Shown here piece after piece: positions 1-21,508 of a stretch of DNA of 64,000 nucleotides (within the stretch, counting starts at the first letter, position 1; the number at the start of each line of letters is the position of its first letter). The notes under the pieces are model-generated. The model was not told where the DNA came from, made no database searches, and worked only from the letters and a program-made list of their open reading frames with translations. Position numbers and translations under genes: made by a program. Origin of the DNA: the human T2T-CHM13v2.0 reference genome, Homo sapiens. Location: NCBI RefSeq assembly GCF_009914755.1, contig NC_060947.1. One strand, given 5' to 3'.

Positions 1-297
<297 letters not shown>

Positions 298-499
298 TCA
301 ACCCTGAACTGTAAATAAACATTAGTAGTTTTGCCGAGAATAGATTGGAAGGAGATGAGGGTTTAAAAAAAAAAAAAAAAGCGGGAAGACTAGTTAGGAG
401 GCTTTTACAGTAATCCAGGTGAAAGATGATGGTGGATGAAACCAGCTGGAAATAATAAAAAGGGTGAAAGAGAGATAGACTCTGAATATATATTTTTTT

Positions 500-1700
<1,201 letters not shown>

Positions 1701-1902
1701 TTTACTACATATCTGACTGTGAACTCTATTTTTAGCAAACACCTTTTCTGCTCACCATTCACTAAGGTGATGTGGAAAGAGAGGTGAGGACAGAGTCAAA
1801 ATGTATTTTTTTAAATAAAATTATGCTTCAATTATGATATCAATTATTTTCTAAGCTAGTAAAATCACAAGATTTAAAAAAAAGTCTGCTAAGGTATCTC
1901 GT

Positions 1903-2125
1903 CTTTTTTTTTTTTTTTTTTTTTTTTTGAGACAGAGACTCACTCTTGTTGCCCAGGCTGGAGTGCAGTAGCATGATCTTGGCTCACTGCAACCTCCACA
2001 TTCTCAGTTCAAGCTATTCTCGTGCCTCAGCCTCCCAAGTAGCTGGGATTACAGGCATGCGCTATCACGCCCGGCTAATTTTTGTATTTTTAGTAGAGAC
2101 GGAGTTTCACCATGTTGTCCAGGCT
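1903..2125 (-). mobile_element. Alu, 5'-truncated
   Basis: Poly(T), right arm and part of left arm. Confidence 0.85.
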
Positions 2126-2675
2126 GTTTTTTCTGAATTAAATAGTATCTCCTGACACTAATAATAATAATGTAATATGAATTCAGAAAAAATTCAATAG
2201 TAATGTGCCTTGCACTTTAATGAAGTACATGATTCATAGTCCCTTGTGCACATGAGATTTGGAAAACACGGGTAATTGGTGTGTTCATTACCCAAAATTC
2301 AAATTGATTAGCCTGATATAAATATCCTTTTCACTTTTTTTAAAATGACAGTATACTTTACAGTCTATATATTAAGGCTATAGAGGGTGTGAGAAGAGCT
2401 CAACCATCTGTGAGGAAAATATAATCTTAGATGGCCTACTTTTGTTGGAATAAATATTCACACCAAGTATCATTAATTCAGAGAGATAAAGGTGTTAAAT
2501 AGGTATCATTTAACAGTCATAAGACATTAACATATTACTTGGTCTAACACTCAAATTCTTTTTTGATGTGAAATAAGTGAATAGAACTTTTTTTTGGTGG
2601 TTTTATCAAAGAAATAATTCCTATCTTTTTTTTAATTAAAAAACTTTACTTTTATTTATTTTTTTCATGTTATAG

Positions 2676-6079
<3,404 letters not shown>

Positions 6080-6430
6080 TACTAGAATCCCTTACAATCG
6101 CACTTTAAAAACCCAATTGTCCCAACAGTCTGAACAACCAAAACATGATTTAACAACTCCCCACTCCCAATTACATTTGGCATTGTTTACTTTAAATTTT
6201 TTAAATGTTCCTAAAGATAATACTCTAACTGCAGCCGAATGCCATTATACAGGCAAAAAATTTTCCTTAAACGAAGGCAAGCCAGTGTTATGGAAAAACT
6301 CCCAAACCAATACCTAGGAACCTGGCACAATTATAACATGAGGAAGAGGATATGCTTGTGTTTCACCAGGAGATCATCAATCCCCTGTCTAAGTACCCAC
6401 CAGAAGACTCAAGCTTCAGGTGAATACTGA
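6080..6430 (+). pseudogene. pol remnant: integrase C-terminal part
   Basis: TTRIPYN-RTLKTQL...QLHLALFTLNFLN...WK...T*EPG..IT*GRGYACVSPG, homologous to HERV-K integrase. Confidence 0.85.
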
Positions 6431-6559
6431 CAATCAAAACCACAGAGAAAAGACGTCTGTGTCAGAGACTGCCTTCAGATATGATGAGATCTGTGCTGAT
6501 TCCTCAGAAACAGGCACATCAAATCACAATAGGTGTAAATCAATCCTCCCTGAAGGCAA

Positions 6560-8550
6560 TGGAGACCCATCTAACTAATCCCACTTCTCCTGATTACTTT
6601 TCTTTTTCTCCTTACAAACCTAAAAATCTCACCATTTCTATTAGCCTGAAAATAACATCCCTCTGTTCTTCTCTTCCTCCTTCAGCACTCAATCTCGCTT
6701 ACACTAGGTTTTATTTAATGATTCTCCTCCTTATACTTTCTGTCTCACCAGTTTCCTCTCACACTGATTTACCTGCTACACATAATTATTCTTATTAGGC
6801 TTATGTGCCTTTTCCTCCACTTATTCGACCTCTCACCTAGATAGATGCTCCTGCAGAAATCTACACTAACGATAGTGTGTGGATGCCTAGAGCCACAGAT
6901 GACCGTTGCCCTGCTCAACCAGGAGAAGAAGGCACTGCATTTAATGTTACCATAGGTTATAAATACCCCCCTCTGTGCCTCGGACATGCACCTAGTTGCA
7001 TCCATCTACGAACTCAAGTCTAGGCTGCTTATCTTCCGGAAACATCAGCTACAGATAAAACAGGACATTTAGTCTCTGGTCTCTCCCTTTCTCCTTTAAA
7101 ACAAATGAAAGGAGGAGTAATAGGAGATACCCCATACTTTCAATATAAACCTGCAGGAAAACCATGCCCTAAAAATTTTGAGGGCCCATCTAAAACTTTA
7201 ATTTAGGAAGACTGTGTTAACTCACATGCAGTAATACTAAAAAATGACTCATATGGTCTAGTAATAGACTAGGCACCAAAAGGCTATTTAAAAAACAATT
7301 GCTCCTCTGGTGGAAAGGAATGCCTGGAGGCTACTTATTTTACTTCTTATCAGGAGAATGAGAATCATCATTCTACTGTGCATACGAGGATCAGCTCATT
7401 CTTTCTCTTAAAATAGGAAGATAAAGGCATTACCCACCCCCAGGCCTCGTATGATACTCCCCATTCTGAGCCCAGAACACCCAGAACTTTAAAAATTGGC
7501 TATTGCCATGTCTGGACTGCCAGTATAGGAAAAGAAAACTATTTCGACTGTTGTTCCCATTACCATCCCACTCTCTCAGTATCAACGTAGACCCAGACAT
7601 TCTGCTTTACTTACCTCCAACCTGACTATTCCCATACAGAGTTGTGTTAAGCCTCCTTACACACTGTTAGTAGGAAATATCAAAATTTAGACGAATAATC
7701 AAACCGTCCGATGCATCAATTGTCATCTATACACTTGTATTAACTCCCATTTTGACTCCAGGAAAAGTGTAATGTTGGTTCGAGCTCAAGAAGGAATCTA
7801 GGTTCCGGTAACTTTACCTAGACCTTAGGTATCCTCCCCCTCAATACATTTAATTAATGAAGTGCTACAGCGAATTCTAAAAAAAGATCTAAGAGATTTG
7901 TTTTCACTTTAATTGCTGTTATCATAGGCCTAATTACTGTCACTGCAATGGCCACCACTGCTAGAATGGCATTACACCAATCTATTCAAAGGGCTCATTT
8001 TGTTAATGATTGGCAAGCCAATTCCACCCAAATGTGGAATTCTCAACAAGGCATCGATCAAAAATTGGCAAATCAAATTAATGATTTAAGACAGTCTGTT
8101 ATTTGGCTTAGAGATCAAGTAGTGAGTCTCGAACATCGCATTGCAAATGCAGTGCGATTGGAATACTTCGGATTTCTGCATCACCCCGTATTCCTATAAT
8201 GAGACTGATAATTCATAGGAAAAAGTCAAAGGACACCTTCTAGGTAAAGAAGATAATTTATCATTAGACATAATTAAAGAAACAAATTTTTGAAGCCTCT
8301 CAAGCTCACTTATCCATTCTGCCTGGAGCTGAGGCGTTAGATCAGGTGGCAGAAAATCTTTATAGATTAAACCCCACGACTTAGATTAAGCCTATTGGGG
8401 GCTCCACTGTAGTAAATTTTAGAATTAAGTTTCTCTGTTTAATCGGTTTGTTTTTAGTGTGCTGGACCAGTCAAAGAATCCTGCGTCAAAATCGAGAGAA
8501 CGAACAAGCCTTCATCGCCATGGCACATTTATATAAAAAGAAAGGGAGAG
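6560..8550 (+). pseudogene. env remnant with many stops and frameshifts
   Basis: Signal-peptide-like ILLLILSVSPVSS, YSY*AYVPFPPLIRP, NDSVWMP, furin site [15 protein letters not shown] ectodomain [18 protein letters not shown]; start approximate. Confidence 0.88.
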
Positions 8551-8551
8551 A

Positions 8552-11311
<2,760 letters not shown>

Positions 11312-11330
11312 TGAACTTTAAAAAATTATA

Positions 11331-11675
11331 TAGCTGGGACTATAGGTGCATGGCATCATGCCTGGTTTTTGTGGTTTTTTTTTGTTTTTTTTTGTTTTTG
11401 ACACAAAGCAATGGTATTATGACTTTGGGTAGCCTTCATTACAAAGTTTTTCTTCATCTTATTTGTTTTTTTTTTTCTTTTTGTGGAGACAGGGTTTTGC
11501 TCTGTCTCCCAGGTTGGAGTACAGTGGCATGGTCGTAGCTCACTGCAGCCTTTCACTCCTGGGCTCAAGTAATCCTCCCACCTTACTCTAATTACTTAGA
11601 GTAATTACTCAGTAATTACTTACTCAGCCTCTCAAGTAGCTGAGACAACTATAGGCTCAAGCCACTGCAACCAGT
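11331..11675 (-). mobile_element. Old Alu fragments (11331-11370, 11465-11675)
   Basis: Alu-arm similarity with T-rich tails. Confidence 0.7.
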
Positions 11676-12696
11676 ATCATTTTATTTCTTCAATTTGCAA
11701 GGTATCCAGGAGTTTTTCATATTTAAATTTCAACCATTCTAAAAAAATACCTCTTACATCCACAGTAATGATTTATAAATACACATGGACAAATACTGAA
11801 ATATAACATAAGCCTGCTCTTACCAGCTGGATAACATTCTAATTGAGTTTTTCCATCTTCAGATGACATAAGTAGTGAAGTTAAACTGTTGTTTAGACAT
11901 GGCATGCGATACTCAGCTCAAAGAGCCGTCTTAAACTTTTTCATTTAAGTTACTGACATTTTTTGTCTTTCTTGTGCTAGAAATTTATTATGTATTAAGC
12001 TCAAATTACTTAGAACGAGAACTATAATCATTGGCAGGAACAAAGGTTTCCAAAAATAAATATGCTATTAGCCAAGATAAGCTTTGAAAGCACTGTAAGT
12101 AGGTATGGTATAATGTTAAACCACCTTCTAAGAGATTTGAAAAATGACTAAAATGCCTGCCATTTTCATTGTTATTTGGCATTTAAACCAGCTTTGAATG
12201 AACAAAAGATCCCCGTTATGGAGAAAGTGAGAAAAGTAAAGGAGAAATAGGAATTACCTCTAAAGTGTTCATTATATATCTGGGAGGGCAAAACAAACAA
12301 ATAAAAAACAAAACAAAACAAAGAAAGTATCTAAAAATTGTTCACTACTCTTTTCTAGGGGAAATCAGGAATAACTAGCACTGAGTATCAGAGAGGTGAA
12401 TGCATATTTTTGAAGTAGCAGTCCTCCCACCTCAGGCTCCTGAGTCACTGGGACTGCAGGTGCGCACCACCACGCTTGGCTAATTTTTTAATTTTTATTT
12501 TTGTAGAGACGGGATTTCCCTATGTTGCCCAGGCTGATAAGTAATATTCTTAAGGAGAATCAAGATCCACTGAAATCTCAAAATTGTCCTGTAATACTAT
12601 TCCATGTCATCACCTTAAGATACATTATTAATCTACTTTTAAAATATTTTATTGTTTTGCATAATCTGAGGAAGTAGCATGGTATAATACAACGAA

Positions 12697-13312
12697 CATT
12701 CATTCATTGATTAAATCATTAATATTCATTGAGCACCTACTGCATGCCAGATACATTCTAGGTGCTAGACAGAAGTGAACCAAGAGCCAAAAATCCCTAG
12801 ACTTATGCAGCTTATATTTTATGACCTAGACAGACAATAAACATATAAGTAACATATAGGTATGTCTTAGGGTGACAGATGCTATGGAGAAAGATAAGGG
12901 AGGGGAAGGGGGATAGGGAATACTGGTGGCATTCCTTCCCCCACATTTTAAATAGGGTGGTCAGGGAAGGTCTTACTAAGAAGCTGATACCTAAGCAAAG
13001 ACCTGAAGATGGTGAGGGAACAAGCCATGATATCTGAGGGAAGAGTATTCTAGGGAAGGGTCATATAAAGGTGCTGAGGTGAAATGTGCCTGCAGTCTGA
13101 AGAACAGCAAGGAGGCTGATATGATGGGAATGGAGTAAGCAGGGAGAGTAGGAAGGGGTGACATGAGTCAAGTGTCAGGGAGCCAAACTGTATACAGAAT
13201 TAAGAAAGAATACCTAGGGGGAGAGGCCTGGATTCAGGAGTCATTGTTGTACAGATAGCATTTAAAGCCATCAAAACTAGATGAGCTCTCCAAGGGCCGG
13301 AGTGTAGATGGA
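12697..13312 (-). mobile_element. L2 fragment (continues at ~19507-20090 beyond the MER21 provirus)
   Basis: cattcattcattg...attgagcacctactgcatgccag L2 3' end signature and purine-rich L2 body. Confidence 0.7.
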
Positions 13313-15286
13313 CGTGATATTTTGAAATATATATTTGGTCTACAGCTCCGTTTCCTGGAATACAATTCCTAAAATCCTTAGAATGGCGTAAGGGCTATCT
13401 TTGTATGCCAATGACTGACTGATGGCTGGCAGCCCCTAGGCAGTTGCAGGATGAGGGGTGGTCACAGGAAAGACCAAGGAGGGATGAGAGGGTTGGGACT
13501 TTTGGCCCCACCCCCAACCTCCAGGGAGGGGAGAGGGGCTGAAGGTTGAGTTGACCTCCAATGGTCAATGGTAATGAAGCCTCCATAGAAACCCAAAAGG
13601 ACAGGGTTCAGGGAGTTTCCGGATAGCTGCACACATGGAGGTTCCTGGAGGGTGGTGCATCCACAGAGGGCATGGAAGCTTCCCACTTCACCCCTATACC
13701 TCCATCAATGCATCTCTTCATCTGTATCCTTTGTAATTTTCTTTATAACACAATGGTAAAAGTGTTTCCCTGACTTCTGTGAGCTGATCTAACAAATTAA
13801 TGGAACCCAAAGAGCAGGTGTAGGATCTCTGATTTGTAGCCAGTCAGTCTGACATTCTGGAGGCCTGGACTTGTGACTGGTGTCTGAAAGGGTGGGAAGG
13901 GGAGGCCTTGGGGACCAAGCCCTCAAACTGTGGGATGTGATACTATAGTGTCAGAATTGAATTAGAGAATACCCAGCAGCAGGGCTGATTACTTGCTTCT
14001 TAATGGGGAGAAATCCCCACACATTTGGTGAAAGAAGTCTTGTGTGTTGATTGTTGTTGTTGTGTGGTGCGAGAGCAGAGGAAAACAGTTCTGAGTTTTT
14101 CCACCTTCAGTTAGTGTCAGTGAAGTAGGGTTTGCTAGAACGGCCCTGGCTCACAGAAATATGTGGTTTGGGAAGAGAAAGAATGAAAGGGTGGGAGATG
14201 AGGAACCTTTGATTCCTGGTTCATTATCGTGGTCTTCCATGGTTTGGAGCTGCAACTGTGTCGCAATCAATTGCTAAAGGTAAAAGTTACCAGTGGAATT
14301 TAGAGATGGATCCAACTCAGGGAGTTGGTTCACTGGATGCATAAGGATATGCAAACTAGTAAGAAAAAGATGAAATATTCACTCCCTTGGTGGTGGTTGT
14401 CTGTAATAGCTGAACAGAAATGAAACAAATGCTGGATGAGGCCTTGATGCTAGACCAAGCTCAGATTTCAGTCTATCTGAGCCCAGGCCACTAGCCTTCA
14501 AGCTGACCCCCAAAGGAAAAATTATACAGGGATGACAGTACCTCTACGACCTGTGGTTACCACGAAGGTAGTTGATGTGAGGGAAGGGCAAAACCAAGAA
14601 ACTACTGAAACCAGAGGGTACAGTGTGAAGAAATTGTCTCATTTCATAGATTGGTATCATCAGTTTACTGAAAATCCTTTACTAAAATGGATTGTGAGAA
14701 TAACTAATTTAGGGCACTTTCTTTGGTTTTAAATGCTGCAGAGTGGACAGGCATGTTTGGGTTGATGCAGGACCCACAGCTCACTACTGAACAATCAACA
14801 ATGGGTATAATGTGATCCAGACACACAGGGAGTTATTCCTGAGGGAACAGTCAGCCTAGTGAATGGAATAAAAGCCACTGTAAGGTCTGTACACCCTGAG
14901 AAGGTAGAGACTGTCCAACTCTACCTATCAATGCCAAGTGGAGTACCCCAGGTGAAGCGGCTCATTTGGTTCCTATGCAGGCCATGTGGGACTGGCTTTA
15001 TGATGACTGAGATATTCACTCACTGAATACATCCATTACTCTGGCTGTAGTAAATGCTATGGCTGAGGGAGCCTCTTTTGTATGGGCACCAATGAAAACA
15101 TGAGCGTAATTAACAAAAGACTGGGGAAAGGCAGAGAGGAGAGTCACAGGACTCATCCCAGGAAGGTGGAAAGTTTAAATGGTTATTAATAAATAAGGTG
15201 AATGAAGAAAACAGTGATGGGGTGAAACTAAGAGAAAAAAGAAAGAGGAGAATCATGGGACTCATCCCAGCAGGGTGGAATCTTTA

Positions 15287-15669
<383 letters not shown>

Positions 15670-18373
15670 TCAATATAATACTATCAAAGGTTGGTAGGGA
15701 GCTTCTGCTGTTCTCCCAATGTTAAGGGATTCCAAACAGGTTTGCTGTATTCACCCCAGTTTGGAGAAATTGAAAAAGTCAGAAGGCAGAGATTACAGTG
15801 AGAAAGCTGACCAACAGTTACTTGGGGTAATGTTGAGGCAGGTTAATCAATACAAAGACTGACAAAAGGGGCAAGGTCCCTTGGCTCAACCTGCTGTTGG
15901 GGACTCAACATTTTTTTTTTTTTTTTTTAAACAAGAAAGGGTAAAAGTGAGGGTTGATAGGAGTATGAGATTTGGAATGTTTAAACAGGATATACATAAA
16001 TAAGTTATGTCTCCTTTACCTAAATGTTTTATGGAACTGGATAATTATGACTGGGTGGAGAACACTTCCCCTACCCAGTATTGTAAAACAGAAGAAATGT
16101 AAATCTGCACTTCGAGAAATATTAATTGGACACGCTAACTAGGCACCAGTAAGATTGCTTGAGCTCACACAGTGTGGAGTTGAGAAGCTGGAGTGCTGGT
16201 AGGGACAAATTCTCCATCTGCTCGCCCTTTGCAGGATGTTTACTGGGGCTTATGGCCAAAGTCTGTGAGCATCTCCCAGTGACAACCACTAGGACTTTGC
16301 ACTAGAGAATTTCCATCTCGGTGCATTTACTACCTTGCTATGGGACATTAACTGAAACTATCCCTAATGACTGAAGGACATAAAATGATCTTGACACCTG
16401 AAATACCCATGCTTTCTCACATGATGTCAGAGAAACATTCAAATGGGGATGGCAGCGCCCAGAATAGTTCCATAATAAAATGGAAATGGTTTATGCAGGA
16501 ACATCCTCTCCGGGAAGTGCAAGGAGGAAACATCCTCAAGCAGGGAGCCTCTTTTCCCCTAGGACTGACTCTGGAACTGTGTGAGGAACTGTGGGATTCT
16601 ACTGACACTTGGACAGGGCCCCGTGAACAGCTCTCAACTGACCAACGAAGAGCTGCTTGGTGTGTGGATGACAGTTCCAAGGTGAATCGACAGCATCCTG
16701 TTTGGAAGGATGCCACTCTTGATCAAAGAAGGTAAGATCACATTAGCTTGGCAGTTGAATTGCATTCTGAAGAAATGAACAATAACAAAAGCTCCCGTGT
16801 TTGGTTTTTTACTGACTCATGGACAGTCACCAGTGGCCTGGTCACATGGTCAGGCAGAAGGGCAGTGGAAACCTGGCCTATTTATTAAAGGGATGCCCAT
16901 ATGGAGAATGGCCCTATGGAAATTTGAGGGGTGCAATAAGTAGAATATGTTGATGCCCATCATAAGAGCCTCTTTCTGGGTTTGGAAAATGATTGACATT
17001 GACAAGCAGAGAACCCTGTGTGCTCCCTCGAGGTGGCCACCTGGGTCCATCAAATGAGTGGATAAACGGGTACTGCAACAGTGCAGAGATGGGCTGCATC
17101 TAGACAGGTTTCTTTTGTATCATTTCAGGCACAAAATGCCAATAAGAACTGTTCTGTCTGCCAGCAAAAGAGACAGACACTGCCCATGGCTGTGGGGCAG
17201 ATTTCCCTGGTGGGAAAGCCCTGAACAAGCTGGCAAGTGAGGCTGATGCTGGTAACCCTGGGAGGCCACAGATGGGTTTTGACAGGAGTAGACACTGATT
17301 CTGGACTGGGCTTTGCTTGCCCGGTGGAAGATGTGAATGATGAGAATACCATAAAAAAGCCAGAACAGAAGATATTGCACATATTTGGAGAGCTGAACAC
17401 CATTTCTTTAGGCCAAAGAACACACGGTACAGCCCATAATGTTCCAGCAGTGGGCAGAGATATTCTTCTCAGAGTAATAGTTTGATAGAGACTAAAATGG
17501 GCAATGAAAACATTGGTTGTCTAAAACAGGGGGAGATGAAAGCAGGAAGGGCTGGCTTACTTGCCTTTACCAGTGTGTACTCACACTCAACATGAGTGGG
17601 GCTAAAGGAGTGTCCCCACTAGATATTCTTTCGTTTTTCTGATTGATCTGGGGAAGGGGGGTGGTAGAGGATGCTGTTATGACTATGCAATTCTTGACAA
17701 GAGGGGAGTATGCTGATATAATGACTATACTTTTTTCTTTCCTTCTTTCCCATATCATCTAAACTCCCCCTGCCCCTCCCTATGCAGTGGTTCTAGGACC
17801 AGAGCCATAACTACCAGTGTTAGAACCAGGGATGATTCCTAAACAAGAAATTGTAACTATGTTTTTAAACCTTGTGTCAGAATTCCTAAGGACCTGATGG
17901 GGGTGGGTTGTGCAAAACGGGTTAATTGTGAATGCAGCTATATTGCCTGGTGGTAAAAACGGTCCACTAAATTGGCACCTATGTAACCTTAGTCTCCCTG
18001 CATGGGAGTGGACTGAGGAGGAGGTAATTACTAGACTAATATTGCTGTCTGCCATCTAGACCAGCACGATGTTGATTCTAATGTTTCTTCCAAAGGTTAT
18101 TAATAAAGTGAGGAAAAAATTAACAGCTGAGAGTAAAGGAATAAATAAATGTGTTATGAATTCAGGGAAATCCATTATCACATTACATTAACACCTTGAA
18201 AGAGACTCAGAGCAAGAAAGGATACTGTTTCTTAGCTCAATTATATCAGGTGTCTGAAACGGTGAAACCAAGACCATTCCTGCTTTTAGAACCTGGCAAG
18301 ATCAATGGAAAGCCTGCAAACCTGAGTGGCCTCATGCTGGGAGACCTATTCATACATTATGATGATGGACTGA

Positions 18374-18707
<334 letters not shown>

Positions 18708-20142
18708 TGAAATATATATTTGGTCCTCTAGCTCATTTCCTGGCATACAACTCCTAAAATCCTTAGAAACGCCAAAGATGTCTGATGGCTGGCAGCCTCT
18801 AGGCAGCTTCAGGATGGGGTCACAAAGACCCAGGCAGGATTAGAGGGTTGGGACTTTCAGCCCCACCCCTCAATCTCTGGGTAGGGGAGAGGTACCAAAG
18901 GTTAAGTTGATCACCAATGGCCGATGGTTTAATCAATCATGCCTATAGTAATAAGGCCTCCATAAAACCCCAAAAGGACAGGATTTGGGGAGCTTTTGAA
19001 TAGCTGTACACATGGAGGTTCCTGGAAGGTGTTGTGCCTGGGGAGGGTATGGAAGCTCTGCTCCCCTCCTCTCCTGTAACTTGTCCTGTGCATCTCTTTA
19101 TCTATATTCTTTGTAATATCTCTTGTAACAAACCGGTAAACATAAGTAAATGTTTCCCTGAATTCTGTGAGCTGCTGTAGCAAATTAACCAACCCCAAAG
19201 AGGAAGAGGCTGTGGTGTCCCCAATTTGTAGTTGGTTGGCAGAAGTTTCAGCGGCCTGGACTTATGACTGGTGTCTGAAGAGGTGAGGGTTGTGGGACTG
19301 AGCCCTCAATCTGTGGGATCTGATGCTATCTCCAGGTAGATAGTGTTTGAATTTAGTTGGGAGGACACCCAGCTGCAGTCTGCTGCAGAGTTGATTGCTT
19401 GCTTGTTGGTGGGAAGAAATCTCCACACTTCTGGTCACAGAAGTCTTCTGTATTGATTGTTGCTGTGTGGTGTGAGAGCAGTTTGAGTTTTTTCAGCTTC
19501 AACAGAGAAAAAGAGGAGGAGCAAGGATGGAGGCCTATGGCATTCCAGTGTGAAGAGGTGGGAGAGGGGAGATGAGGAAGAATCAGTAGGATCTGAGAAG
19601 GAGCAGCCAGGAGGTAGAAGGACAACCAAGAGAGCAGGTGTTCCAGAAGCCCAGAGAAGACAGTGTTTCAGAAGGATGGATGTCAAATGTTGCTGACAGG
19701 CCAAGAAGAAGCCCTGGGATTTGAACACTGGACTTAGCAACATGAAGGTCAGTAGTGACTTGACCAGAGCTGTTTTAGTGGAATAAATAAGATTGTGATA
19801 TTGACTAGACTGGGTTCATGGGAAAGGAATGGGAAACTGGACAATGTGAGTAGTCTATACAACTCTTTTCAGGAGTTGCTGTCAAGGGAAGCAAAGAATA
19901 GGGGCAAAACCTGGAGGGGGTTGTAGGGTCAGGAGAAGGTATTATGTCTATATAAGAGTGTGCATAATACAAATAACCTATAGCATGTTAGATCCAACAG
20001 AGAGAGAACTCTGATGATGCAGGAAGGGAGGAAGTTGTTGGGTCAATGTGGTCAAATAAAAAGGGATAGGATCTAGTGCAAAATCAAAGGGTAGTGGTAG
20101 GCTGAATTAGAATCCTGGTTTCACCACTGACAACTTCTGTGA

Positions 20143-20940
<798 letters not shown>

Positions 20941-21313
20941 CCTGCCGTTTTCCTAAGACAGAAAATTTATACCTAGTATCTACTGAAAAATAGTTAATGC
21001 TATAAAGCACACAGTCACACCCAAAATAAAGATAGTTAATTTATTATAACATGGTATTACTTCAGTTGTTGATGTTGCATATCTTTGGAACACATGTTGG
21101 CAGAGAAAAAAGAGGCCTTCCCCTGATATATTCTGTCTTAATCCTGTTTTTTACCCTCTGATAGCTGCATGACACTCAAATGGTATGTCTTCTATTCAGA
21201 TGTTCACAGATGATGTGCAGGAACAGCAAACAAGATGAAAAAAACTAATGAAAACTGCTCAGAAAAAAGAAAAGGTAAAAAGGACCATCTCATAGAGCAA
21301 CGCATTCCTGTCA

Positions 21314-21508
<195 letters not shown>

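Noticed and set aside
7948-8199. Env TM ORF as a co-opted syncytin/suppressyn-like gene
   Set aside because: Only 83 aa, no signal peptide, surrounded by stops and frameshifts.
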